DNA from: Bdellovibrionales bacterium
GTDB lineage: Bacteria; Bdellovibrionota; Bdellovibrionia; Bdellovibrionales; UBA1609
NCBI GenBank assembly: GCA_965242515.1
Contig: OZ251448.1
Span: forward strand, 722,420-786,419
Direction of reading: 5' to 3'
DNA length: 64,000 bases
Below are positions 10,690 through 20,171 of this stretch, in pieces. The position numbers and the translations under genes are program-made. How positions within the stretch are numbered: the first letter of the stretch is position 1; each line of letters opens with the position of its first letter. A model generated the notes under the pieces. The model did no database searches. It was not told the DNA's origin and saw only the letters and a program-made list of their open reading frames with translations.

Positions 10690-11487
10690 TCATTTTTTAG
10701 TTGGTACACAACGATCTAACCTTCTATGTAGAAATGAAATTAAAGAAAAGCAGTCTATAATATCATCTTCATCCCCTTGCCATAAAATTTTAGGCTGATG
10801 TGCAGTTGGATTTCTAAAAGCTGAAAAACAACCTTTTAATAAGGAAGCAAAACCCTTATGTTCACTTTTTTCAGTGTCAGTTTGTAATTTATTAAAAGCT
10901 AAAAGAGGTTGCTCAATAGAAAACACTTTATCCACAAGAAATGTACCATCTTCATCTATTTTTGACTTTTCACGAATACGCTCTGCTAATCCTTTACTAG
11001 CTTCAAATACTGCATGAAATAAGTTATCTTGCATTAATTCAGATTTACAATACTTTAATACCTCTGCATGCATCTTTCTTCCTCTAAGTTTTGAGCGAAT
11101 TGTTTTTACGCTTTTTTCTACTTCATCCAATGTTTGTACTTTTTTGCAATAACAAATCTGTCCAGTACTTTCATAGGTTAAACCAGAAAATACCAATATT
11201 TTGTTTAGTTCTTCTCTATGAGTCTCAAATGTTTCTTTCTGTTCAATAAAATTAACAGGTTGAAAAAATGTTCGTATAAAATCAATTATTTGGTTGGAAC
11301 ACTTATATTTCTTCTGACTTTCCATAAAGATTGAATAGAGTCGTCTCCATTTTGTAGATACTCCAGAATTATCTATTATATTCTTTTCCTGTAAAACACG
11401 ATCAATATCTGATCCTGTACCAATTTCTCCAAGACACCTAGATAAAACTTTTAAGTGAGCAGAATCAAATGTAGGTATTTTGTTCAT
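10690..11487 (-). CDS. TIGR02391 / Abi_C-like protein (family often linked to type I R-M loci)
   Basis: C-terminal LLKGCFSAFRNPTAHQPK...DCFSLISFLHRRLD resembles the RNPxAH signature of TIGR02391/Abi_C. It is the last gene of the hsdR operon, with a 34-nt gap. Confidence 0.65.
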   Translation of the reverse strand: MNKIPTFDSAHLKVLSRCLGEIGTGSDIDRVLQEKNIIDNSGVSTKWRRLYSIFMESQKKYKCSNQIIDFIRTFFQPVNFIEQKETFETHREELNKILVFSGLTYESTGQICYCKKVQTLDEVEKSVKTIRSKLRGRKMHAEVLKYCKSELMQDNLFHAVFEASKGLAERIREKSKIDEDGTFLVDKVFSIEQPLLAFNKLQTDTEKSEHKGFASLLKGCFSAFRNPTAHQPKILWQGDEDDIIDCFSLISFLHRRLDRCVPTKK

Positions 11488-11521
11488 TATTGCCTCCTGT
11501 TTGAAAGTTTATAATACATAG

Positions 11522-13969
11522 TTATTTTTGTTCCCATACAGAGGTTATTTTTTGATGTATTTTTTCTTCATTTATTTTTATTAGTTTTTTGCAAGATTCA
11601 ATATAAGTTTTTTCTTGCTCAATGTTCGCAACAATCTTTTTCTGTATATCTAAAGGTGGTAGTGGTATTTTAATTAAATACACATGATTTCTATTTATTC
11701 CAGGAACTGCTGATTGAGAAGAAATTTTTTCTAAATTAATCTTATTTAGTTGGAAAAATAAAAACTTTAAATTTACTAAATGTACCTTTTTAACTTTAAC
11801 ATAAAAAGTTGTATCTATTGGAAAGCCACTTTGTTCATAATAGTTTACCTTACCAGCAGAACCTTTTCTTCCTACTATAATCAAAGGAGCTTTTATCAAG
11901 TACTTATTATGATAACCAACAATACCATTAGAACCAAATACAGGATAACAACCTACTTTTCTTTTAGATTTTTTTAAAGCTTTTCCATATTCTAAACTGA
12001 ATATTTTTCCTAATTCTACTATAGGGTACGAAGGATCAATCTTAATAGTAGGTTTATAGTTTGTTATAATTTGTTTGGCACCATCAATAATTTTTTGGTA
12101 AGCTTCAAGCTCAGCTACAATTTCTTTTTGTACTTCCAAAGGTGGTAATGGTATTTTTATTTGCTTTAAGTGTTTTCTACTTATTCTTTGCCTACTAGAA
12201 CCAGTTAAATAAATACCAATTTTAGAATACCAATTTTTACATGTTGTTAAATATAATAAAAAAATAGCATGTAATCGTGTTTTGTTCACTCTTATAATAG
12301 TACAATCTACAGCTGTAATCATTTTTGTACTTAATAATGGTACCATACAAGCTCTACCTACAGGATCAGGTAATCTTGATATTAAAATATCACCTGGTAA
12401 TACTTCAGTACAATTTAATCTTTCAAATGTTTGTTTAGTAATAAATCTAGCTTTATCTATTTTATTTAAATACTTTCCTATTCCAATATTACCTGTTTGT
12501 ATAAGTCTGATTCCTGTTTTTGATTGATCTTTTGATTCAACCCAATCACCATCTATAAAAACTTCACACACTGTGCCTAATCCTACCATGGGGTATTTAG
12601 TTATTCTTTGCTTTGTTACTTTATACAGACTGTTAGTCAAATTATAATCACCATCCTTTGAGATTTTATTTTTATTAACTAAGTAGGCTAACTTGCTTTT
12701 TAATTTTTGGTTTTTACCCCATGCTTTTAACACTTTAAAAGCTTCTGGTAAATCATTTTTACTAATCTGTGTCCGTTTTGCTCCTAAATCAAAACCATCA
12801 TTTTGTACATCTATAAACAAAACTTCTTTATTTCTTTTCACCCTTTGCTTATCTAAAAATAAAATACTAGTTTTAACTCCTGCATAAGGCTGAAACACCC
12901 CTTTAGGAAGACTTACTACAGCCCAAAGAAGATGATCCTCCACTAGCTTTTTTCTTAATGCTTTATAAGCTTTATCATTTTTAAAAATAATACCTTCAGG
13001 TACAATAACACCTGCCCGTGCATTATTTGTTAAATGCTCTATTATATAATCCACAAACAAAACTTCTGCCCGATTAGCTAAAATAGAAAACTTTTTATGA
13101 GGGCATATACCTCCTTTAGGAGTCATAAAAGGAGGATTAGCTAGAATTACATCAAATTCATCTCCCCAACGATCATCATGAGTTAATGTGTCGTATTCAT
13201 AAATTTTTGGTTTATTAAAATTATGTAAAAACATATTTACTAAAGAAAGTTTAACCATTTTTGGGGATATGTCATAACCTATAATATTTTTTTGTAATTG
13301 CCTTTTATCTGCTGGTGTTAACCCTCCCTTTGCAAAATTGTAACCATGCTTTTTTAAATTATAATTTTTTGAATTATTTTTGATAATATGTTTATAAGCA
13401 GAAATTAAAAACCCTGCCGTTCCACAAGCAGGGTCTAAAATAGACTCACGCTTTTTAGGATCTACTACCTCTACCATAAAATCAATAATATGCCTCGGAG
13501 TGCGAAACTGCCCCGCATCCCCTTGAGAGCTTAAAATAGAAAGCAAATACTCAAAAGCGTTACCTAATGTTTCGCTATGATCATAAGTAAAGCAATTTAT
13601 TTCCTTTAAAAATAAATTTAAAGTTTTAGCATCTCTATAAGGTAAAAAAGCATTTTTAAAAATTTCTCTAAAAAGAGGGGGTAGATTTTCATTCTTAGGT
13701 AGTTTGCTAATAGCTTGTATGTATAAGCTCATCCTTTTTTGACCAGAAAGCTTTATATCAATAATGTTAGACCAAGAATATTTTTTAAAGTCCCCTGTAA
13801 AAAACTTTGCCTTACCCCCTAGTTGTTTTGAAGCCTTATCCATATCATACATAAATTTGTAAATTAAAGCTGTTGTGATTTGATCCACCTGGGAGGTCGG
13901 ATCAGGTATTTTGCCAACAAGAATGTCTCTTGCTGAATCTATTTTTCTTTTTGTCTGTGTATCTAACAT
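11522..13969 (-). CDS. hsdM: type I R-M fused methyltransferase-specificity subunit (HsdM-HsdS in one ORF)
   Basis: N-terminal half carries DPACGTAGFL (motif I) and ILANPPF (motif IV). The C-terminal ~370 aa has two TRD-like blocks, each followed by an HsdS central/distal conserved helix: IPLPPLEVQKEIVAELEAYQKIIDGAKQII and IPLPPLDIQKKIVANIEQEKTYIESCKKLI. Confidence 0.85.
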   Translation of the reverse strand: MLDTQTKRKIDSARDILVGKIPDPTSQVDQITTALIYKFMYDMDKASKQLGGKAKFFTGDFKKYSWSNIIDIKLSGQKRMSLYIQAISKLPKNENLPPLFREIFKNAFLPYRDAKTLNLFLKEINCFTYDHSETLGNAFEYLLSILSSQGDAGQFRTPRHIIDFMVEVVDPKKRESILDPACGTAGFLISAYKHIIKNNSKNYNLKKHGYNFAKGGLTPADKRQLQKNIIGYDISPKMVKLSLVNMFLHNFNKPKIYEYDTLTHDDRWGDEFDVILANPPFMTPKGGICPHKKFSILANRAEVLFVDYIIEHLTNNARAGVIVPEGIIFKNDKAYKALRKKLVEDHLLWAVVSLPKGVFQPYAGVKTSILFLDKQRVKRNKEVLFIDVQNDGFDLGAKRTQISKNDLPEAFKVLKAWGKNQKLKSKLAYLVNKNKISKDGDYNLTNSLYKVTKQRITKYPMVGLGTVCEVFIDGDWVESKDQSKTGIRLIQTGNIGIGKYLNKIDKARFITKQTFERLNCTEVLPGDILISRLPDPVGRACMVPLLSTKMITAVDCTIIRVNKTRLHAIFLLYLTTCKNWYSKIGIYLTGSSRQRISRKHLKQIKIPLPPLEVQKEIVAELEAYQKIIDGAKQIITNYKPTIKIDPSYPIVELGKIFSLEYGKALKKSKRKVGCYPVFGSNGIVGYHNKYLIKAPLIIVGRKGSAGKVNYYEQSGFPIDTTFYVKVKKVHLVNLKFLFFQLNKINLEKISSQSAVPGINRNHVYLIKIPLPPLDIQKKIVANIEQEKTYIESCKKLIKINEEKIHQKITSVWEQK

Positions 13970-14018
13970 AACTCAACTTTTGTCTTGAGAAAAAATACTC
14001 TAACAATGACACCTTTTT

Positions 14019-15227
14019 TCAACACCCATTGGGTTTAAATAAAAAATCAGGCTGCAATTGCTCTTCTGGAATATCTGTTTCCAAAGGTAAATAAATTTCA
14101 GTTTGTAAATTTATTTGTTTTAAGTATTGACACATCATAGGACCTACCACCTTCCAACTTAAACCACCTAACCCACAACCTAAAGCTGGTAAAGCTAAAG
14201 AGGTAATACCTTGGTTTTGATAATTGGTCACCAACCACTTTAAACCTTTTTCAATGCCTTCAAGAGGGGATTTTTCTCGCCAATGATTCTTGGTGGGAAA
14301 TAGCAAAAACCAACGATGACCATTTTCTGTCACAGCAGAAGGCACATCCTCCATAAGAGCTCTAACAAAATTAGCCTCTCTTTTATAAAGAACAGGAGTC
14401 CCCATTTTTAATTTCCTTTTATAGCAAAGAGCTTGATACTCTGTGTAGACATCCGGAAACTGATTTTTAGATCGAGAAGCCAAACCTTTACCCATAACAC
14501 CCACAGTATTAACACTGATTGTAAAAGTTTGCATTTCTGCAAAAAACATATCCCCCTTTTTTAAAGTAATATGAGCTAACCCTTCTTTTTGACTGGTTTG
14601 TTGTTGAAAAGGAAAAATAACTTGTTTGTATTCAGAAAGAAAAAACATTTTAGGATTTAACATAATATTTAAACCACCTATATCTATGCTTTGCCTAATT
14701 TGATTAGCGATTTTTTGAGTGGCTGTATAGATTCCTATAATTTTGTCCTTTGGAATATGATCTTGAACTAATACTTCTGCCATAATTTTTCTATTAGAAC
14801 CATCTTCTGCACTCCAATATTCCCGTTCAAACTGTTCAGAATTTAAAACACTTAAGCCTTTATTTTTATCTTCAAAAAACTGTGTTATTGAGGAGGAGGC
14901 ATTGCCATCTGTAATACCTATATTCAAACTATCTATAATATCTGCATCAATCTCTAAAACCACAATATTTTCTATTCCAAATTCTTTAATCACCCGATAA
15001 AGCATGGGATTGCGAGCTTGAAAATATACATTCGCATAGTCCCAAAGAGATTTTCCTCTAAATTCCCTTTCTTTTCTCCTAGCAATAACTTCCTTATCAT
15101 AAATAACCTTTTTCTTAAGAATCCGACTCCATACAGGTGCTTTACGATGAGATAAGATTCCATTTTTTAAAATGGACTTTAAATTATCTCTATGAGATAT
15201 ATAATATAAATGCTTTGGTCTATTCAT
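14019..15227 (-). CDS. DarT-like (DUF4433) ADP-ribosyltransferase fused to a DarG-type macrodomain
   Basis: aa 1-~190: LYYISHRDNLKSILKNGILS, YANVYFQARNPMLY, GITDGNASS, RKIMAEVLVQDHIP. aa ~225-400: ISVNTVGVMGKGLASRSKNQFPDVY, LLFPTKNHWREKS, ITSLALPALGCGLGGLSW. One uninterrupted 402-aa ORF. Confidence 0.8.
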   Translation of the reverse strand: MNRPKHLYYISHRDNLKSILKNGILSHRKAPVWSRILKKKVIYDKEVIARRKEREFRGKSLWDYANVYFQARNPMLYRVIKEFGIENIVVLEIDADIIDSLNIGITDGNASSSITQFFEDKNKGLSVLNSEQFEREYWSAEDGSNRKIMAEVLVQDHIPKDKIIGIYTATQKIANQIRQSIDIGGLNIMLNPKMFFLSEYKQVIFPFQQQTSQKEGLAHITLKKGDMFFAEMQTFTISVNTVGVMGKGLASRSKNQFPDVYTEYQALCYKRKLKMGTPVLYKREANFVRALMEDVPSAVTENGHRWFLLFPTKNHWREKSPLEGIEKGLKWLVTNYQNQGITSLALPALGCGLGGLSWKVVGPMMCQYLKQINLQTEIYLPLETDIPEEQLQPDFLFKPNGC

Positions 15228-15256
15228 AACAGTAATTATAACCTCTTATAAAACAA

Positions 15257-17797
15257 TTAGTCCAGAAAAGTAGTTAAATTCACATAGTTTTTAATATACT
15301 CTGGTATTATTGTTTGCCAGCCAGTTTTTTTTCCTCCTAAAGCTTGAAAATCTTCCATATCAAAACCAGCATTAGTATAAAGAGATGTAAGTTCTTTATT
15401 ATCAATAATATCTCTAAATTTTGAATTCGTAATATAAGATCTTATATAATTTACAATGTATGGAACATATTGAGGGTCTGGGTTATAAATAGAAATAAAT
15501 TTATCACACTCGTCTTTTAAAAGTTCTTCTTTTTTTGGAAAAGAATCAATCACTCCAAATACCCTCTGTAAAACTTCTCTCCAAGTAATTCGCCTATCTA
15601 GTTGCACTGCTTTTTTTATCTTTTCTAAACTCAAATATAGCTCTGGTTTATCTTCATATTTTTTAACAGCTATAGCTTCTGCTTTTTGCCATTGTTCCTT
15701 ATTTACAGCTAATTTTAATTCTTTATCTTTAACCAGAACATCTTTTGCCTTTCCCCATAGTTCCCTATCTACTCTCATACCTTCTAACCCTACTGCTTTT
15801 TCAGAAAGAGTTTTTAAAGAATCAGGATCATTAACTCTAACTTCATCAATATTAATACCTGCACCTTCTTCTGTGCTTGTATTTTGACCTTTTAACAGTG
15901 GCAGTTTTAAAGCTTCGTCATAGTTAAATTGATTTTCAAAAAATTCACAAACCGCAAAAAAATCAAACAGTTTAAATTTGTCTTTTTTTATTTTGTGTTC
16001 TTGATTGTTTTCATCCTTATATTTAAAAATGAATTTTCTAGTGCCACGCCCTTTCATTTGTATAAAATCTGTGGGAGAAAACACTGGTCTCATTAAACAA
16101 AGGTTTAAAATATCCTGACAATCATAACCTGTTGTCATCATACGCACTGTCACACAAACTCTTGTTTTACTAGACTTGTAACCCTCTAAACACTTTGTAT
16201 AACCATTTAATTTATTATTAGCAAAATTGATAGTATGTTGCTGAGCATTTTCAACATTAGATGTAACTTGTACAGCAAAATCAGAATTGTACTTGCCAGC
16301 CCATAAATTATGAGCCATTTTATTTAAAATCTGAGTAATTTTAGAAGCATGCTTTTGACTAACACAAAAAATAATACTCTTTCCAATCTCTCCACTTATT
16401 GGGTCTTTAAGAGCATGATCTAAAAAAGTTTTACAAAAAGCTATATTTGTTTTTTTAGAAAAAAACTTTTTCTCAAAATCTGTTTGATAAAAAACTTGCT
16501 CCTCTTCTTCTTGATCTTCATCTTCAATTTTAACACTATAGCCTTTTTCTGATAATAACTCTGTTGTTATGTCTGTTCTAGCATCCGATACAACAGGGTT
16601 AATTAAATACCCTTGTTTTACTCCGTCCATTAAACTATATTTAAATGTTGGCTCACTATCTTCACAACCAAATGTAGTATAAGTATCTAAGAGAAGTCGC
16701 CTTTCCCACTTTCTTTGATCTTTTTCTGCTAACTCTTGTTTATTAATGTTTTTCAAATAATCTTTCGGAGTAGCTGTTAAACCTAGCTTATACCCTATAA
16801 AATACTCAAATACTGCCCGACTATTACCACCAATAGACCTATGAGCTTCATCTGAAATAAGTAAGTCAAAATCTGTTGGGGAAAAAAATCTTTTATACTT
16901 ATTGCCTGCTAATAAACTTTGCACAGTGGAAATAACAATTTCTGCCTTATTCCAATTGTCTTTGTGTTCTTTATAAATTACTGATGTATAATCATTTTTT
17001 AAATAGTTTGTAAAATGCTTATAAGCTTGATCTTCAAGCTCTAACCTATCAACTAAAAATAAAATTCTTTTTGCATTTCCTGTTCTAAGAAAAAGCTTTA
17101 TAATAGCTGATGAAAGCAAGGTTTTACCTGTTCCTGTTGCCATTTCAAATAAAAACCGCTTTTTATCTTTTTGAGCATCAGCTTGTAAAGCCTTAATAGC
17201 CTTAACTTGATAAGGTCGTAAAATACGAACCCCATATTGATCTGCTAAAACCTGTTTTTTATCAGGGTTATTCCAGTCAGGGTCTTGAAGAAGCTCCGGT
17301 TTTTGAGAACTAGCAATGTAGTCCTCGCTAACCAATTCCTGCGATAACTTTTTAGGACTAGGTTTAAAACAAATTCTATGCTTAAAAGACTCCTGAGTAG
17401 GGAATTCTATAATCCCTTCAGGGTTACCAGATTCTAAATCCCAAAAATAATGTAAATTTCCGTTAGATAAAATCACAAAACGAACATTAACACTATGAGC
17501 GTATTTTCTAGCTTGCTCTTTAGCATCTAAAGGGTCTTTTTCTTCTCTTTTTGCCTCTAATACCGCCAAAGGAAAACCTTTTGCATCTAACAGTACATAA
17601 TCTACCCTACCATTTTTTGTGTTTTCAAAATTATCACCTTTAGCTAATAGGTCTTTTTTAGTAATTTTAACATTTAGTTCTAATTGAATGTTAGCTGTTT
17701 TTTTAGAATCTTTTGGATCATCAAAAAATCTCCAACCTGCTTTTTCTAACAGTTTGTTGATTTTAATACGAGCTTGAGCTTCTTTTTTAATAGACAT
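15257..17797 (-). CDS. hsdR: type I restriction enzyme R subunit (PD-(D/E)xK nuclease + SF2 helicase)
   Basis: N-terminus EAQARIKINKLLEKAGWRF and VDYVLLD...LAVLEAKRE (nuclease motif). MATGTGKT (Walker A), LISDEAHR (DEAH box), TGYDCQ and MKGRGTR helicase motifs. Confidence 0.85.
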   Translation of the reverse strand: MSIKKEAQARIKINKLLEKAGWRFFDDPKDSKKTANIQLELNVKITKKDLLAKGDNFENTKNGRVDYVLLDAKGFPLAVLEAKREEKDPLDAKEQARKYAHSVNVRFVILSNGNLHYFWDLESGNPEGIIEFPTQESFKHRICFKPSPKKLSQELVSEDYIASSQKPELLQDPDWNNPDKKQVLADQYGVRILRPYQVKAIKALQADAQKDKKRFLFEMATGTGKTLLSSAIIKLFLRTGNAKRILFLVDRLELEDQAYKHFTNYLKNDYTSVIYKEHKDNWNKAEIVISTVQSLLAGNKYKRFFSPTDFDLLISDEAHRSIGGNSRAVFEYFIGYKLGLTATPKDYLKNINKQELAEKDQRKWERRLLLDTYTTFGCEDSEPTFKYSLMDGVKQGYLINPVVSDARTDITTELLSEKGYSVKIEDEDQEEEEQVFYQTDFEKKFFSKKTNIAFCKTFLDHALKDPISGEIGKSIIFCVSQKHASKITQILNKMAHNLWAGKYNSDFAVQVTSNVENAQQHTINFANNKLNGYTKCLEGYKSSKTRVCVTVRMMTTGYDCQDILNLCLMRPVFSPTDFIQMKGRGTRKFIFKYKDENNQEHKIKKDKFKLFDFFAVCEFFENQFNYDEALKLPLLKGQNTSTEEGAGINIDEVRVNDPDSLKTLSEKAVGLEGMRVDRELWGKAKDVLVKDKELKLAVNKEQWQKAEAIAVKKYEDKPELYLSLEKIKKAVQLDRRITWREVLQRVFGVIDSFPKKEELLKDECDKFISIYNPDPQYVPYIVNYIRSYITNSKFRDIIDNKELTSLYTNAGFDMEDFQALGGKKTGWQTIIPEYIKNYVNLTTFLD

Positions 17798-17896
17798 ATT
17801 CTTCTTGTTTGTATTTGAAAGATTTTATTATAACAAAAACATAAGGAATAGTCAAGAGGTTATTAAAAGTAATTATGCTGATTTTTATCAATATTG

Positions 17897-17955
17897 TCAA
17901 AAGTGTCTCAAAATGATACACTTTTATTAAAGATAATAATTTGCTTAACTGATAT
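17897..17955. repeat. ~55-bp repeat with a palindromic core (copy 1 of 2)
   Basis: aaagtgtctcaaaatgatacacttttattaaagataataatttgctt matches 22608-22665 at about 80% by eye. The core agtgtctc-N-gaKacact is an inverted repeat. Confidence 0.6.
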
Positions 17956-17996
17956 GTAAAGAAAAAAGATCGATAGCCTATTAGGAGATTTAAAAA

Positions 17997-19085
17997 CTAC
18001 TGCTTTTTTGAATGCTGTTTCTGTAGCTTTTTAAGCTCTTTTTCTGATAGCCCCGTCACCTCTGCAATAAACGGAATATCTACATTTTTCCGAAACATAT
18101 TCGCAATCACCTGTCGTCTTTCTTCCAGCCTGCCTTTTAGCTCACCAACTTGCATACCCTCTTGCAAGTATTTTTGTCTGGCTTGCAACATACCCTTCTT
18201 TATGCCTTTTGCCGTAGCTTCATCTAATGAGTATTGTAATGGTGCCATAACTCTTTCCTCCTTATCTGTTATTGTTTTAGCCTCTATCTTTCGCACGACC
18301 GTCCAACTAAAGTTCGGATCATACCTGACTATATAATCTGCAACCTTATCTATTAACTGTCTTCTTTTACCTATACTTATAACCTTGCTTAACTTAAATA
18401 AATCCCTTATCGTGCTATACTCTAACTTCCATATATTTTGCAGTATAAATAGTACCGGGCGAGAAAGCAAGTCCTCTATCTTCTTATCCCTTACATTTAG
18501 CTTGCTTATGTTAAGCAATCTATAACTAAAATTCAGCACATTTTTACCGAATGCTTGTTTTAAACTGCCTTCAAAGCCTGTTAAGCTATCTTGAAAAGCT
18601 AAAGGCTTGTTCCACTGCTTTTGCCTGCCATGGTAGATAACAATAGGTATAATGGGGAGTTTTGTTTTCTTGTAAATAGATGTTTGGTACTCCAGTAATT
18701 GTTGATGAATATTAGGTGCTTGTGAGCTTTTATGCTCTACTAAAAAAAGCATGCCTACTGTTTCGTTACTAGCTTTTTTCAGCTTTGCAGAAAGAAGAAG
18801 ATCTGTACGCTTTTCTTTAGAATCTTGGTCTATAAAAGTAGTAACTTCTGATTTAAGAGTGTTCCAATCAAAAAGAGCCATTTCTTGAGGGGTGAACACT
18901 AAGCGAAAAAGGTCTAGACAGTGCTTAGGTTTGGTGTAGATTTCTTTAAAGAAAATGTCGTGCAAAAAAGCTTTGCTTTTTTTGCCCTGCTTTGGGGCTT
19001 GTTTTAGGGCTTTTTTGTTCTGTTGTTTGTTTTGCGATTGAGCTTGTTTGCAAGCTTTAGTGGTATCAGGTTTTATTTTAGCCAT
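17997..19085 (-). CDS. Rpn-family recombination-promoting nuclease / putative transposase (PD-(D/E)xK, YhgA-like)
   Basis: HDIFFKEIYTKPKHCLDLFRLVF, TDLLLSAKL...MLFLVEHKSSQ, IIPIVIYHG and a C-terminal helical tail (IAEVTGLSEKELKKLQ) are typical of this family. Confidence 0.8.
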   Translation of the reverse strand: MAKIKPDTTKACKQAQSQNKQQNKKALKQAPKQGKKSKAFLHDIFFKEIYTKPKHCLDLFRLVFTPQEMALFDWNTLKSEVTTFIDQDSKEKRTDLLLSAKLKKASNETVGMLFLVEHKSSQAPNIHQQLLEYQTSIYKKTKLPIIPIVIYHGRQKQWNKPLAFQDSLTGFEGSLKQAFGKNVLNFSYRLLNISKLNVRDKKIEDLLSRPVLFILQNIWKLEYSTIRDLFKLSKVISIGKRRQLIDKVADYIVRYDPNFSWTVVRKIEAKTITDKEERVMAPLQYSLDEATAKGIKKGMLQARQKYLQEGMQVGELKGRLEERRQVIANMFRKNVDIPFIAEVTGLSEKELKKLQKQHSKKQ

Positions 19086-19651
19086 TATTTGCTCCTTTGT
19101 TTTTCATAATTTACCTCCTCCGTTGTATCCTAAAAAATTTCATCTACTAAACTACATGCAAAATCGAGTCCAAGCTTAAAAAAGATCTTCTGATGCCCCC
19201 AAAGGGGAGTATTTCTGATTCTGTTGCTTGCATGTACCCCAACCTCACCCAATCCATAGACTAATAAATGTAACTTTTTTGTGGTCAAAGAAGCTGGAGG
19301 GGGATATTTTTTGGGTCCAAGCGGAGCGTCCCACAAAAATCTTCCCCTCCCGCTTCGTGCCTCTCAAACAAAAAAATTTCCCAATGCTGATAATAAAAAA
19401 GCCCACTTTTGGACAAAAATATGTCCAAAAAATGTACATTTTTATGTACACTTTTTCATAAATGCACATTTTTTGCATAAAATATGAGATTGGTATGAGG
19501 TAAAGAACACCCAAGGCACAAGGCTTTTTAACTCAAAGTTTGTGTGGGGCGATGTGCCAAACAAACCAGCATATTAAGGGTAGCAAGCCTTAACGCTTCT
19601 CATTACATATATAATCTTTAGACTTTTATGGTACTTTTGGGGGTGAGGGTT

Positions 19652-20008
19652 TTACCCATTTTCTTTTTGTAGCTTTTTTTTGATGGAATCTGCTTTTTGG
19701 GTTAAGCTTTTTAAAGCTAAGTAGTTATTTGAAGTTATTAAAATACGATTTGCTTTACCGGTTTTTGCTTTTGTTTGTTTTTCCATTTTTTTTAAAAAGT
19801 CTCGCACTGCTTTTTCTGCTTGCATATATTTAAGTAATAATTCTTTTTTTTCTTGATAGTACTTTCTTATATATTCTCTGTCGTAGGCTCTTTTAATCTT
19901 TGTTTTGCAAGCTTTAGCCCCACAGGTCTTTTTTTTATTCTTTTTTATAATAAATTGCTTGCCACAAACAATACACTTAGTTTTTTGCCTTAAAGCTTTT
20001 TTAGGCAT
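19652..20008 (-). CDS. hypothetical Lys-rich small protein with a possible zinc ribbon
   Basis: 118-aa ORF. CIVCGK...CGAKAC Cys pairs near the N-terminus, then a highly basic helical remainder. No family recognised. Confidence 0.4.
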   Translation of the reverse strand: MPKKALRQKTKCIVCGKQFIIKKNKKKTCGAKACKTKIKRAYDREYIRKYYQEKKELLLKYMQAEKAVRDFLKKMEKQTKAKTGKANRILITSNNYLALKSLTQKADSIKKKLQKENG

Positions 20009-20171
20009 TATTTAAACCCCTTCTTAACATTGAGAGGCTGAAATAAATCAGCCTCCAATAATTAAGACATGTTGTGTGTAAAAGCTGTCTCACTAACCCT
20101 CACACACTTTACGCCCACCATAAACACAGGAGGTATTAAATTAGTGAGCATACTCTTTTAACTTTCAAACT

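Noticed and set aside
10542-10703. Reverse-strand open frame IVVYQLKNDIIIHPFWNTKAKKGLLAEACASTSNKNIYYIDTFNLLRRPGYVYTKIF* just downstream of the TIGR02391 gene
   Set aside because: It reads like real protein and may be a gene remnant or a GTG-initiated mini-ORF. It has no ATG or RBS, is ~50 aa, and I cannot assign a family. This is not enough to call a feature.
19130-19514. Four mutually overlapping small ORFs (68-89 aa) and a possible ncRNA in the 560-bp gap upstream of the Rpn gene
   Set aside because: None has an RBS, motif or plausible composition. I found no RNase P, tmRNA, SRP or riboswitch signatures by eye. The region remains unassigned rather than explained.
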